NCBI GenBank assembly: GCA_963698395.1
Contig: CAVOQQ010000002.1
Span: forward strand, 191,624-255,623
Origin: an uncultured Acidimicrobiales bacterium
Lineage (GTDB): Bacteria; Actinomycetota; Acidimicrobiia; Acidimicrobiales; SZUA-35
Length of the DNA stretch: 64,000 nt
Direction: 5' to 3'
The notes under the pieces are model-generated. The model was not told the origin of the DNA, searched no databases, and worked only from the letters and a program-made list of their open reading frames with translations. This document shows positions 38,281 to 50,118 of this stretch, in pieces (position 1 is the first letter of the stretch; every line of letters begins with the position of its first letter). Made by a program: the position numbers and the translations under genes.

Positions 38281-39888
38281 CAGTCCAGCAGGCGGCCGGT
38301 CAGGCGTTTCTGGATCAGGGCTCGTCGTTCCTGGAGTTCGGCGTAGGTGAGCTGATCCATGTCTTCGGGGTCGACACCGAACCCGGCCTTGACGCCGGTC
38401 GAGATCGAGCTGCCAGGACTCCTGCTGAACACCGAGCTGGGCTGCGATCGCGGCGCCATGGTTGGTGGCGAAATGGGTGGCGATGTCGGTGACGACGGCG
38501 AACAGGTCGAGTTCGGGTGCCAGCGAAGCAATGGCGGCGTCGATGAAGATCAGGTTCTTCACGTACAACATCAGCGACTTGGGCATCCGGGCGCCGTAGG
38601 CGAGCAGCGCCTTGATGATCCGCTGGAGCTCGGCCACCAGTTCTTCGGGCTCGAGCTTGGTGGGATCGATCGGTCGGTCGAGCCCGAGGTCCTTCACGAC
38701 CGCGGCCACGTCGGTGTCGGGGGGAAGGGCTCCGAGATCGCGCAGGGCTGCCACCTGCCCTTCGACGTCGTTCATGGTGGCGGTCATCATCATGCGGAGG
38801 AACGCAAGACGTTCGGCTTGTGTGAGGCGACCGGTGATGCCGAAGTCGAGCAGTGCGGTGCGACCGTCGGGTTGGACGAAGAGGTTGCCGCCGTGAAGAT
38901 CACCGTGGAAGACGCCGTGGAGGAAGGCGCCCTCCAGGAACCCGAGCATTCCGGTGCGGATGACCGCATGGGTGTCGACGCCCGCGTCCTTCATGCCGAC
39001 CACGTCGTCGAAGCGGAACCCATCGAGACGCTGCATGACCAGGATGCGTTCGGTGACGAAGTCGGGGTGGGGTCGAGGTACCACGAAGCCTCGCTGGTCG
39101 AGCTCGACGAACACCCTCGCCACGTCGAGCATGTTGGCCGCCTCGATTCGGAAATCGAGCTCTTCGATGATGGTCTCGGCGAAGAGTTCGACGAGCGCCG
39201 GCGGGTTGGCGAGTGCCGACACCGGGATGCGGCCGACGAGGAAGGGGGCAAGCCATGCGAGCACCTTGAGGTCTCGCATCACGAGATCGCCGATGCCCGG
39301 GCGTTGGACCTTGACGACGACTTCCTCCCCGGTCTTCAGCACCGCCGCATGGACCTGGGCGATCGAGGCTGCTGCGAGGGGTTCGGGATCGAACGAGCGG
39401 AAGACCTCGTGCATCGGTCGGCCGAGCTGCTCCTCGACGACCGCGACCACCTGGTCGTAGGAGACGCCGGGCACCTGATCGCGACACTTCTTGCACTCGG
39501 CGACGAGCTCGGCCGGAAACACGCCCTCGCCGGAGGAGATGATCTGGGCGAGCTTGATGTAGGTCGGTCCGAGGCGCTCGGCAGCGACCCGCACGCGTCG
39601 AGAGATGCCGGCACGCGAGGTTGGCTTGCCCCGTTCGCGCACCGCCCAGACGGCGACTTCGGTGCCGAGAACTCGCACCACCGTGATGGCCCGTCGAACG
39701 GGGGGCAGCTTGGGCGCTCGGGTCAGATTCGGCAGGGAGTGCAGCTGGGCCGAGCGCAGCGCCGGGACACGTCGGAGCCAGGTCGGGGGTCGTTTGGTGA
39801 GGCTCCACGGCTGCACCTCGCTGAACGAACCGAGGTCGAGGTCGTCGGCTCGTGCGGTCGTTGCCGTTGGCGTGGTGTCAAGGGTCAT
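38280..39888 (-). CDS. ABC1/AarF/UbiB family kinase with an apparent +1 frameshift near 38400
   Basis: LGPTYIKLAQ, AAASIAQVH, KVQRP, FHGDLHGGN and DFG motifs; the natural-looking C-terminus (TGVKAGFGVDPEDMDQLTYAELQERR) lies in another frame. Confidence 0.85.
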
Positions 39889-40051
39889 GTGAGATCACCG
39901 GGATTCGGGAGAGGAAGGGCGGAATCGAACAGGTACCGCTCGTATCGGTACTTCGGCTCGATGGTGGATTTCGGATTCGGAAGCGACAGGGATCACACCG
40001 ATTGTGCCCGTCGCACCGGGATGGTGTGAGGTCGGGTGGCCCCGGGTGCGA

Positions 40052-40873
40052 TCAGAATCGAGGGGCTCGTTTGTCGACGAGGGCGGCGACGCCCTCGCGG
40101 TACTCCTCGCCGCCCATCATCTCGTCGAGGAGGCGCATGGACTCGACGACCGAGGTACCGATGTCGCCGTGGAGGTCGCGATAGAGCTGTTGACGACTCG
40201 TGCGCAGCGAGCCGGCCGCGACACTCGAGACCAAGGCCTTGGCGTAGTCGAGCGTGGCGGGCATGAGCTGGTCGGCGGGGTGAATCGCGTTGATGAGGCC
40301 CCAGTCGAGCGCCTCCTCGGCGAGGAGCACTCGAGAACTGAGCAGGAGGTCGAGCGCACGCGGCACGCCGATCATGCGAGGCAGCAGCCACGACAGGCCG
40401 TACTCGGGAGGAAGGCCGAGTTTGCCGTGCGCCGTCGTGAACTTCGCTCCGGGCGTCGCAAAGCGAAGATCGGCGAACATGGCCAGTGCCATGCCGATTC
40501 CGGCTGCTGCGCCGTTGACGGCGGCGATGACGGGCTTCGAGAGCCCGAAGTGACAGGCGAAGGGATGATCGAAGATCGGCTCGACGCCATGGCCCGGGGT
40601 TGCCTCGTCGCCGAGGAGGCCGGTGTCATAGCTGCCCCGTTCGACGTGGCCCTCGAGCGCCTGCGAGTCGCCTCCGACGCAGAACCGCTCACCGGCACCG
40701 GTGATGACGATGATGCGAACGTCGGGATCGGTTTCGGCCCGGTCGAGACAGAATCGATACTCGCGATCCATCGTGCCGGTCCAGGCGTTGTTGCGGTGGG
40801 GTCGGTCGAGGGTGATCAACGCCACCCGGTCATCGACGCTGTAAGAGACGGCTCGCAGCTCGGGGAGGGTCAT
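40052..40873 (-). CDS. Enoyl-CoA hydratase/isomerase
   Basis: LDRPHRNNAW, FCVGGD and KPVIAAVNGAAAG motifs. Confidence 0.9.
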   Translation of the reverse strand: MTLPELRAVSYSVDDRVALITLDRPHRNNAWTGTMDREYRFCLDRAETDPDVRIIVITGAGERFCVGGDSQALEGHVERGSYDTGLLGDEATPGHGVEPIFDHPFACHFGLSKPVIAAVNGAAAGIGMALAMFADLRFATPGAKFTTAHGKLGLPPEYGLSWLLPRMIGVPRALDLLLSSRVLLAEEALDWGLINAIHPADQLMPATLDYAKALVSSVAAGSLRTSRQQLYRDLHGDIGTSVVESMRLLDEMMGGEEYREGVAALVDKRAPRF

Positions 40874-40883
40874 CGTCGGCAGC

Positions 40884-41654
40884 TCAGGTGTTGAGAATCG
40901 AGAGACATTGCTCGGCCCACTCGGGCCGACAGATGAGGAGGTCGGGCAGATACGGGTCGGGGTTGTTGTAGACCATCGGTGATCCGTCGAGGCGGGAACA
41001 GTGGAGCCCGGCGGCGAGCGCCACGGCCACCGGCGCGCAGTTGTCCCATTCGTACTGGCCACCCGAATGGGCGTAGATGTCGGCGTGACCCTGAACGACG
41101 GCCATCGCCTTGGCCCCCGCGGAGCCCATCTCGAGATACTTGGCGTCGAGCTTGCGAGCCAGCATCTGCGCCGCCGGAGGACGCCGGGTTCGGCTCACGA
41201 TGACTCGTGGTGCGTCGGGGCTGGGAGCCGGCAGGACCGATGGTTGGTATGTCGAAAGCGTGATGCCTTGGGCCGGAAGCGAGACGGCACCGGCAACCGG
41301 GTCGCCGTTGACCACCAGCGCGATGTGGACCGCCCAGTCGGTACGAGGCGGTTCGGCGAACTCACGCGTGCCATCGAGTGGATCGACGATCCAGGTGCGG
41401 GTCGCCGAGAGACGAGCGCGTTCGTCGGCTCCCTCTTCTGACAACACGGCGTCGTCGGGGCGCTGCTCGGCGAGGATCGACACGATGAGGTCGTGAGCCG
41501 CCTCGTCGCCGGCGTCTTTCAGCTCGTAGTGGGTGATGCCACCTTCGACCAATCGTCGCCGTAGGTCGGTGAGCAACTCGCCGGTCTTCGTCGCGAGGTC
41601 GGCGGCGAGGCGGTGGTCATCGGGTGTGACGAGCGGTGATTCGATCAAGGGCAC
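40884..41654 (-). CDS. cysQ: 3'(2'),5'-bisphosphate nucleotidase CysQ
   Basis: LSEEG, WIVDPLDGTREF, GSAGAK and GGQYEWD motifs. Confidence 0.9.
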   Translation of the reverse strand: MPLIESPLVTPDDHRLAADLATKTGELLTDLRRRLVEGGITHYELKDAGDEAAHDLIVSILAEQRPDDAVLSEEGADERARLSATRTWIVDPLDGTREFAEPPRTDWAVHIALVVNGDPVAGAVSLPAQGITLSTYQPSVLPAPSPDAPRVIVSRTRRPPAAQMLARKLDAKYLEMGSAGAKAMAVVQGHADIYAHSGGQYEWDNCAPVAVALAAGLHCSRLDGSPMVYNNPDPYLPDLLICRPEWAEQCLSILNT

Positions 41655-41689
41655 ACGTCCACTCTAACGAGCGCTCCCTCTGCCTCGGT

Positions 41690-41935
41690 TCAGTCGTCGG
41701 CTGCGCCGTGGGGTTCACCGGCGGCGTCGTAGCACGCTTCGTGGAAGTGCTCGACTCGATCCCAGCGCCCTTCGACGTACACATTGCAGATCACCTGTAG
41801 GTCGCGTTGACGGGCTCGGAACTTGACCTGCTTCTCGCAATGCGCGCAGTCGACCATCGAGCCGGCCTCGATCAGACGAGTGACCGCACGGGTAATGGGC
41901 TTGACCTTCGTTGCCACCATTGATGCCATGACCAT
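41690..41935 (-). CDS. Small putative zinc-binding protein
   Basis: CAHC...VICNVY...HFHEACY; coding-like codon usage. Confidence 0.7.
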   Translation of the reverse strand: MVMASMVATKVKPITRAVTRLIEAGSMVDCAHCEKQVKFRARQRDLQVICNVYVEGRWDRVEHFHEACYDAAGEPHGAADD

Positions 41936-41983
41936 GTTTTCGGCACGATGGGGACCTGCTTGAGAAAGAAGTGGGGCGCCGGA

Positions 41984-43675
<1,692 letters not shown>

Positions 43676-43711
43676 GGCTGCGAGCGTACCGGGGGCTCCG
43701 GGCCGTGAACG

Positions 43712-43746
43712 CAAAAGGCCCCGGGCGTCGACGCCCGGGGCCCTTG
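43712..43746 (-). terminator. Intrinsic terminator after the NYN-S1/histone-like gene
   Basis: Minus strand reads AAGGGCCCCGGGCGTCGACGCCCGGGGCCTTTT: a long GC stem followed by a T-run. Confidence 0.8.
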
Positions 43747-43775
43747 TTCGATCGGTGATCGATGGTCGTTCGGCT

Positions 43776-44402
43776 CTACGTGCGCTTGGTGGCGGCCTTG
43801 CGGGCCGGTGCCTTCTTCGCGGTGGCCTTTTTCGCGGTGGCCTTTTTCGGGGTGTTCTTCTTCGCGGTGGTCTTCTTCGCCGTGGCCTTGGTGGCCGGTG
43901 CCTTGGTGGCTGTGGCCTTGCGGGCTGGTGCCTTCTTGGCGGTGGCCTTCGTGGCGGTGGTCTTGGTGGCTGTGGCCTTGCGGGCTGGTGCCTTCGTGGC
44001 GGTGGTCTTGGTGGCTGGTGCCTTCTTGGCTGTGGCCTTGCGGGCTGGTGCCTTCGTGGCGGTGGCCTTGCGTGGCCGGTGCCTTCCTGGCTGCGGTCTT
44101 GGTGGCGGTGGCCTTCTTGGCGGTGGCCTTGGTGGCCGGTGCCTTGGTGGCTGTGGCCTTGCGGGCCGGTGCCTTCTTGGCGGTGGTCTTCGTGGCGGTG
44201 GTCTTCGTGGCGGTGGTCTTCGTTGGCGCGGTCTTGCGGGCCGGTGACTTCTTGGCGGCCGTTTTGGTGGCGGTGGCCTTCTTCGCCGGTGCGGCCTTCT
44301 TTGCCGCCGCCTTCTTCACCGCGGTGACGCGGTGGCCTTGGCAGCCCGCTTCACCGGTGCCTTCTTGGCGGGTGCCTTCTTTGCCGTTCGCTTTGTAGCC
44401 AC
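43776..44402 (-). CDS. Histone H1-like Lys/Ala/Thr pentapeptide-repeat region (~208 aa), interrupted by two compensating 1-nt indels
   Basis: GTG at 44402 with AAGGAG at 44413-44418; repeats [15 protein letters not shown]; TAG at 43776-43778; frame breaks near 44325 and 44071. Confidence 0.75.
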
Positions 44403-45497
44403 GTCTGTCTCGCTCCTTGTGAGATGCTTTGGTCCCGCCGAGTCGTCGGCAGACACTAGTTGTTCATGAGCTTCGTCGGTCGGATCATTGCTTTCGAGGG
44501 CAGCGATCAGTACGACATTGATGCCTCGTCGGTCGGCATCGAGCGAGTCGACACGGGCGCTGACGAGTTGTCCGATGGACACAAGCTCACGTGCCTTGGT
44601 TGGGGGTGGATCTCCCATGGACTTCAGCGGCAGATAGGCCTGGGCACCGCTGACGTTGAGGTAACACCCATGCGAGCTGTAGCGATCGACAGGAGCAATG
44701 AGCTCGTCGCCGATCGAGTACTTCGCAACGAAGTTCAAGAAGTCCATTGGGTCGTTGAGCTGCGAGCCGCTCGAGGCCGCCTTCGCCCTGGCTTTTGTCG
44801 CGGCCTTCGTCGTGTCGGCGTCGTTGGATGAGCGACCGTCGTTCGGAGCATCGGATCCGTTCGAGCGGCGACCGCGGCGGCGTCGTGTGGAGCCCGCCGT
44901 GTCGTCGTCGTTCGTCGCCTTCCGTGCGGGCGGTGGCGCCTTCGGCTTCGGCGGTGGGCCGAGTTCGACGCCGGACGACGTTGGATTCGAACGGTCGGCG
45001 TTCGAACGCGAGCGACGACCTCCGCTGCGTCCGTTGCCGCGAGCTTCGCGGGTGGCGCGCCGGCTGGCCGGACCACGAACGGGGATGCGGTCGACGAAGA
45101 CCCAACCGACGTGCTCGACCGGCTTGCCGCCGACCAAGCGACCGTCGTCGAAGAGCCAACCGTGTTCACCATGGAACTCCTGGAAGGAGTCGTTGGAGAG
45201 CACGGCGGCGTTCGCCTTCTCGGCGACTTGGAGTATGAATGCGTCACCTCGTCCAACGACGCCGGCCGGGGGCATGAGGAGCTCGCCCGCTTCGATGGCG
45301 GCTTCGAACTCCTCACTTTCGGACGCGTCAATACGGTGCGCAAAGGTTGCGTCGACGATCACGGTCACGGAGTCGAAGTCACGCTCGGCGAGGACGGAAC
45401 GAACCGCCTCATCCAGTTGCTTCAGGCTCGGGAGGGATCGACCCTCTGTCGCGATGTTGGATCCGTCGACCACGAGATGTCGTGTCTGGGATGTCAT
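44316..45497 (-). CDS. Zc3h12a/Regnase-like NYN (PIN-fold) ribonuclease + basic linker + S1 RNA-binding domain, running into the histone-like region
   Basis: HLVVDGSNIA, VIVDA, GD.FIL and VLSNDSFQEF NYN motifs; S1-like YSIGDELIAPVDRYSSHGCY...GQLVSARVDSLDADRRGI. Confidence 0.82.
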   Translation of the reverse strand: MTSQTRHLVVDGSNIATEGRSLPSLKQLDEAVRSVLAERDFDSVTVIVDATFAHRIDASESEEFEAAIEAGELLMPPAGVVGRGDAFILQVAEKANAAVLSNDSFQEFHGEHGWLFDDGRLVGGKPVEHVGWVFVDRIPVRGPASRRATREARGNGRSGGRRSRSNADRSNPTSSGVELGPPPKPKAPPPARKATNDDDTAGSTRRRRGRRSNGSDAPNDGRSSNDADTTKAATKARAKAASSGSQLNDPMDFLNFVAKYSIGDELIAPVDRYSSHGCYLNVSGAQAYLPLKSMGDPPPTKARELVSIGQLVSARVDSLDADRRGINVVLIAALESNDPTDEAHEQLVSADDSAGPKHLTRSETDVATKRTAKKAPAKKAPVKRAAKATASPR

Positions 45498-45566
45498 GTT
45501 CCCACTAGTCAAGCACCGCATTGGGAAGAAACGTTGGATCGTGCGGCTTCTTCCTAGGATTGCACG

Positions 45567-46223
45567 ATGATCAAAGCCGTGCTCTTCGACTTCGGAGGCG
45601 TGATCCTGACATCACCGTTCGAAGCCTTCAATCGCTACGAGGCCGCAAAGGGTCTCCCCGCCGATCTGATTCGATCCATCAACGCGACGAATCCCGATGA
45701 CAACGCGTGGGCAAAGCTCGAGCGCAGCGACGTCGACACCCACGGGTTCGCCGAGCTGTTCGAACAGGAGGCGGCAGCGCTCGGGCACGAGATCGACGGG
45801 CACGACATCCTCGGTCTGTTGTCGGGTGAGGTGCGGCCCCGCATGGCGGCGGCGGTCGCAACGGTGCGGGCGGAAGGTTTCATCACGGCCTGCTTGACCA
45901 ACAACTTCATGGCCCGCGACGGCGACGAAACCGAAGGTCGTGGGAGTGGTGTGAGCGAGGGCGATCCCGCACGCAACGCCGTGATGGCGCAGTTCCATGA
46001 AGTCATCGAGTCGTCGCGCATCGGGATACGCAAACCAGAGCTCGGCTTCTACGAGAAGGCGCTCGAGCTGCTCGAGATCGAAGCGGCCGATGCCGTGTTC
46101 CTCGATGACTTGGGTATCAACCTCAAGCCGGCGAAGGCCATGGGCATGACCACCATCAAGGTCGTCGATCCCGATGTCGCCCTTGCGGAACTCTCCGACG
46201 TCATCGGCGTGTCCTTCGACTGA
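45567..46223 (+). CDS. HAD-IA family hydrolase
   Basis: LFDFGGV, LTNN, RKPE and FLDDLGINLKPA motifs. Confidence 0.9.
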   Translation: MIKAVLFDFGGVILTSPFEAFNRYEAAKGLPADLIRSINATNPDDNAWAKLERSDVDTHGFAELFEQEAAALGHEIDGHDILGLLSGEVRPRMAAAVATVRAEGFITACLTNNFMARDGDETEGRGSGVSEGDPARNAVMAQFHEVIESSRIGIRKPELGFYEKALELLEIEAADAVFLDDLGINLKPAKAMGMTTIKVVDPDVALAELSDVIGVSFD

Positions 46224-46238
46224 GGTCGAGCGTTGATC

Positions 46239-46271
46239 GCTCGGGGCAACGGTGTTGCCGCCGCCCCGAGC
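46239..46271. terminator. Hairpin between the convergent HAD and kgd genes
   Basis: GCTCGGGGC...GCCCCGAGC inverted repeat; no T-tract. Confidence 0.5.
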
Positions 46272-46276
46272 ATTGG

Positions 46277-49200
46277 TTAGTCGATGCCGGCGAAGGCTCG
46301 CTCGAGCAGCTCCTGCTGCTCCTGCTTGTGGACGTTGAGCGAGCCGGTTGCCGGGCTACCCGACTCGGTGCGGCTCACCCGGCGGATCGCATGCGTCTCG
46401 CCGTGGGCCTCGTAGAGGCGGCCCTTGACTGCGTTCCAGGAGCCCATGTTCTCGGGTTCCTCCTGCAGCCAGACGATCTCGTCGGCGTTCTTGTACTTCT
46501 CCAGTGTGGAAGCGACGTCGGCGAAGGGCCACGGGTAGAGCTGTTCGACTCGCACGACGGCGGCCGCTGCGCCGATCTCGTCTCGATGGGCCTGTGCCTC
46601 GGCGGCGACCTTGCCGCTCGCGAAGATCACACGCTTGACCGACTTGGCCTTCGGAGCGCCGGAGTCATCGAGCACCTCTTGGAACGAGCCTTGGAGGAGA
46701 TCCTCGATCGGGCTCCGTGACCACTTGGCCCGCAGGCCGGACTTCGGCGTGAAGACGATGAGCGGCTTGCGGGTGTCGCGCATCACCTGACGCCGCAGGA
46801 GGTGGAAGAACTGTGCTGCGGTCGTGGCGTTGACAACCTGGATGTTGTCTTCGGCGCACAGGAGGAGGAAGCGTTCGAGTCGGCCCGATGAGTGCTCCGG
46901 TCCCTGGCCCTCGTAGCCGTGCGGAAGCAGCATCGTGAGACTCGAACGAGTCTTCCACTTGTCTTCGGCGGCAACGAGGAACTGGTCGATGATGATCTGT
47001 GCGCCGTTGACGAAGTCGCCGAACTGGGCTTCCCACATCACCAGTGCCTCGGGATTGGCGAGGGTGTAACCGTATTCGAACCCGAGCGCTGCGTACTCCG
47101 ACAGGGTGGAGTCATAGACCCAGAACTTGGTGCCGGGGGGCCCCGATTCGGTCAGTGGGGTGTACTCGCTGCCGTCTTCGTAGTCGTGCAGCGTCGCGTG
47201 GCGATGAGCGAAGGTGCCACGACGTGAATCCTGACCGGCGAGTCGGACGGACACGCCCTGATCGAGCAGGGTGCCGATCGCAAACGCCTCGCCGAGGGCC
47301 CAGTCGACCTCGCCATCGGCGTACATCTGGTCTCGCTGTTCGAACTGGCGGGCGAGCTTGGGGTGAACAGTGAACCCCTCGGGCGTCTGACTCATGATCG
47401 CGTAGATGCGATCGAGTTGTTCGCGGGTGGCACCGGTCTCGAAGTGAGGCAGCACACCGATGGCGGGCGGCGACGGTTTGGCGAGCAGCCCCGCGGGCGG
47501 TGCGGATTCCCGGGTGGCGTCGAGCGCACCCTGCAGGATGTCTTGGAAATAGTCCATCGCCGACTCGGCCTCGGCGACGGAGATGTCGCCGCGGTCGATG
47601 AGGTTCTGGGTGTACAGCGTGCGCACCGAAGGCCGACCGGCGATCTTGCGGTACATGATCGGCTGGGTGTAGCTCGGGTCGTCGCCCTCGTTGTGGCCGT
47701 GGCGCCGGTAGCCGATGAGATCGATGACCACGTCCTTGTGGAACTGCTGGCGATAGGCAAAGGCCAGTTCCGCCACGCGGACACACGCCTCGGGGTCATC
47801 GGCGTTCACGTGGAAGATCGGGGCCTGCACCATCTTTGCCACGTCGGTGGAGTATTCCGAGCTTCGCGAGTGGTGCGGGGCCGTGGTGTAGCCCAGCTGG
47901 TTGTTCGTGATGACGTGGATGGTGCCGCCGACCCTGTATCCCTTGACCTGCGACAGGTTGAGCGTTTCGGGAACCACGCCTTGGCCGGCGAAGGCGGCGT
48001 CGCCATGCAGAAGGATGGGGAGCACCGGGTAGTTGCGGTTTTCGATCTGGTCCATGTAGGCCCGAGCCATGCCTTCGACGACCGGCCCCACGGTTTCGAG
48101 GTGCGATGGGTTCGGCGCCAGTTCGGTTTCGATGACATTGCCCGACGGGCTCTCGTGGGTGCCGTGGAAGCCGAGGTGGTACTTGACATCGCCCGAGCCC
48201 TGGATCGAGCTCTCGCTGACGGCACCTTCGAACTCCTTGAAGAGATCGCTGTAGGTCTTGCCCATGATGTTCACGAGCACATTGAGACGCCCGCGGTGGG
48301 CCATCCCGAGAATCGCTCGGGCGTGGTGACTGTCGGCGGCCTGGGTGAGGAGCGAGTCGAGAACCGGGATGGTGCTCTCGAGGCCCTCGAGTCCGAAGCG
48401 CTTTTGGCCAACGTAACGGGCGGCAAGGAACTTCTCGAGCGCCTCGGCTGCGGTGAGTCGCTCGAGCACGTGGTGCTGTTGCTGACGGCTGATCGAGTAC
48501 GGGTGCCCCTCGACCTGTTCCTGGATCCAGCGCTTTTCGCCTGGGTCGGCGATGTGCATGTATTCGATACCGATGCTGCGGCAGTAGGCATCGCGCAGAA
48601 CACCGAGGATGTCGCCGAGCGGCATCTGCTTCGACTGGCCGCCGATCGACGCATAGACACCGTCGCGAATGCCGGTGAGGAAGGTGCGGTCGAGGTCCCA
48701 GATGGTGAGGCCGAACGTGGCGGGGTCGAGCTCGGGGTGCAGCGCCGACGCCGTATCGGCGAGCGGGTTGGTGTTGGCGATGAGATGGCCGCGCACACGG
48801 TATTGATTCACCAGGGTGCTGACCGCCATCTGCTTGGCGTGGAGGCCCTCGGTGTCGTCGGCCTCGGTCGCTCCGTGATCGTCGAGCCAGGTGACCGCGG
48901 TGTACGGCACGCCGATGTCGGCGAACAGCCCGTTGTAGAAGTCGTCGCCTCCGATCAGGAGTTCGTGGACCTGCTTGAGGAACGAGCCCGACTCTGCGCC
49001 CTGGATGATGCGGTGGTCGTAGGTCGAGGTCATGGTGACGACCTTGGACAGGCCGAGTTGGGCGATGACCTTCTTGTCGGCGGCTTCGAAGGCCGTTGGG
49101 TAATCGATGCGACCGACGCCGATGATGGCCCCCTGGCCCGGCATGAGGCGTGGCACCGATTGCACCGTTCCGATGGTGCCGACGTTGGTCAGGCTCACGG

Positions 49201-50065
49201 TTGCGCCGGTCATGTCGTCGACGGTGAGCTTGTTGTCTCGGACCTTCTTGATGAGCGCTTCGTAGGCTGCGACGAATTCGGCGAAGTCCATCGAGCCGGC
49301 GTCCTTGATGACGGGCACGATCAGCGAGCGCGTGCCGTCGGACTTCTGCTGATCGACGGCGAGTCCCAGATTGATCGCACCGCCCCGGATGACCCGTGGC
49401 TTGCCGTCGGCACCCTCGACGTAGACGCTGTTCATGTTCGGCACGGTTTCGGCGATGGCCCGAACGATCGCGTACCCCATGATGTGGGTGAAGCTCACCT
49501 TGCCGCCACGCACACGGCCCAAGTGGTTGTTGAGGATCTTGCGGTTGACCTCGAGCAGCTTCGCCGGTATTTCGCGGAAGCTCGTTGCGGTCGGAACCGA
49601 CAGGCTCGACTCCATGTTGGTGACGATGCGGGCGGCGACACCGCGCAGCGGCTCGCCCGGTTCCTCGGCCGGTGCGGCCGGGGCCGGTTCGGCCGCCTGC
49701 GCTGCCGGGGCGGAGGCCGCAGCCGGGCTCGGAGCCGGAGCCGGAGCGCGGAGTGGGACGGGAGCCGGGACCGAACCAGGGGCCGGGGCCGCAGCGGGAA
49801 GCGCCGCGATGCCGTTGGCCGGTACCCCATTGGCTGGTGCGCCGTTGCTCGGGGCAGACGTGATCGCCGTGCCATTCGATGGGCCAGCACTGCTCGATGG
49901 GGCAGTACTGCTGACGGAGCCGTTGGGCGCGTCATCCTCGGCCTCGGCGAAGAGGTTGCGCCATGCCTCCGGAACGGATCGGGGATTCTCACGATACTGC
50001 TGACGAAGCTCTTCGATCAGCCAGTCGTTGGGTCCGGAAGGGGCAGTTGACGTTTGCGGGGCCAC
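46277..50065 (-). CDS. kgd: Multifunctional 2-oxoglutarate decarboxylase/dehydrogenase (E2-like + E1 fusion)
   Basis: TSTYDHRIIQGAESG, GMAHRGRLN, HGDAAFAGQG, WEAQFGDF and PEHSSGRLERFL motifs. Confidence 0.96.
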   Translation of the reverse strand: MAPQTSTAPSGPNDWLIEELRQQYRENPRSVPEAWRNLFAEAEDDAPNGSVSSTAPSSSAGPSNGTAITSAPSNGAPANGVPANGIAALPAAAPAPGSVPAPVPLRAPAPAPSPAAASAPAAQAAEPAPAAPAEEPGEPLRGVAARIVTNMESSLSVPTATSFREIPAKLLEVNRKILNNHLGRVRGGKVSFTHIMGYAIVRAIAETVPNMNSVYVEGADGKPRVIRGGAINLGLAVDQQKSDGTRSLIVPVIKDAGSMDFAEFVAAYEALIKKVRDNKLTVDDMTGATVSLTNVGTIGTVQSVPRLMPGQGAIIGVGRIDYPTAFEAADKKVIAQLGLSKVVTMTSTYDHRIIQGAESGSFLKQVHELLIGGDDFYNGLFADIGVPYTAVTWLDDHGATEADDTEGLHAKQMAVSTLVNQYRVRGHLIANTNPLADTASALHPELDPATFGLTIWDLDRTFLTGIRDGVYASIGGQSKQMPLGDILGVLRDAYCRSIGIEYMHIADPGEKRWIQEQVEGHPYSISRQQQHHVLERLTAAEALEKFLAARYVGQKRFGLEGLESTIPVLDSLLTQAADSHHARAILGMAHRGRLNVLVNIMGKTYSDLFKEFEGAVSESSIQGSGDVKYHLGFHGTHESPSGNVIETELAPNPSHLETVGPVVEGMARAYMDQIENRNYPVLPILLHGDAAFAGQGVVPETLNLSQVKGYRVGGTIHVITNNQLGYTTAPHHSRSSEYSTDVAKMVQAPIFHVNADDPEACVRVAELAFAYRQQFHKDVVIDLIGYRRHGHNEGDDPSYTQPIMYRKIAGRPSVRTLYTQNLIDRGDISVAEAESAMDYFQDILQGALDATRESAPPAGLLAKPSPPAIGVLPHFETGATREQLDRIYAIMSQTPEGFTVHPKLARQFEQRDQMYADGEVDWALGEAFAIGTLLDQGVSVRLAGQDSRRGTFAHRHATLHDYEDGSEYTPLTESGPPGTKFWVYDSTLSEYAALGFEYGYTLANPEALVMWEAQFGDFVNGAQIIIDQFLVAAEDKWKTRSSLTMLLPHGYEGQGPEHSSGRLERFLLLCAEDNIQVVNATTAAQFFHLLRRQVMRDTRKPLIVFTPKSGLRAKWSRSPIEDLLQGSFQEVLDDSGAPKAKSVKRVIFASGKVAAEAQAHRDEIGAAAAVVRVEQLYPWPFADVASTLEKYKNADEIVWLQEEPENMGSWNAVKGRLYEAHGETHAIRRVSRTESGSPATGSLNVHKQEQQELLERAFAGID

Positions 50066-50118
50066 GACGATGGAGCCTAGCTGCGCGACCCGTCCAGGGG
50101 TCGCGCGAATGACAGGAG

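Noticed and set aside
39890-40050. Possible small ORF or structured RNA upstream of the ABC1 kinase
   Set aside because: Only short frames without an RBS, motif or convincing stem structure.
43762-44398. Plus-strand hydrophobic or Trp-rich ORFs resembling membrane proteins
   Set aside because: They are the antisense reading of the Lys/Ala/Thr repeat.
47363-50050. Long antisense ORFs (895 aa here; also 14264-16177, 38359-40029, 18474-20003, 56094-57821)
   Set aside because: They shadow well-supported genes on the other strand, as expected from GC3 bias, and show no protein motifs.
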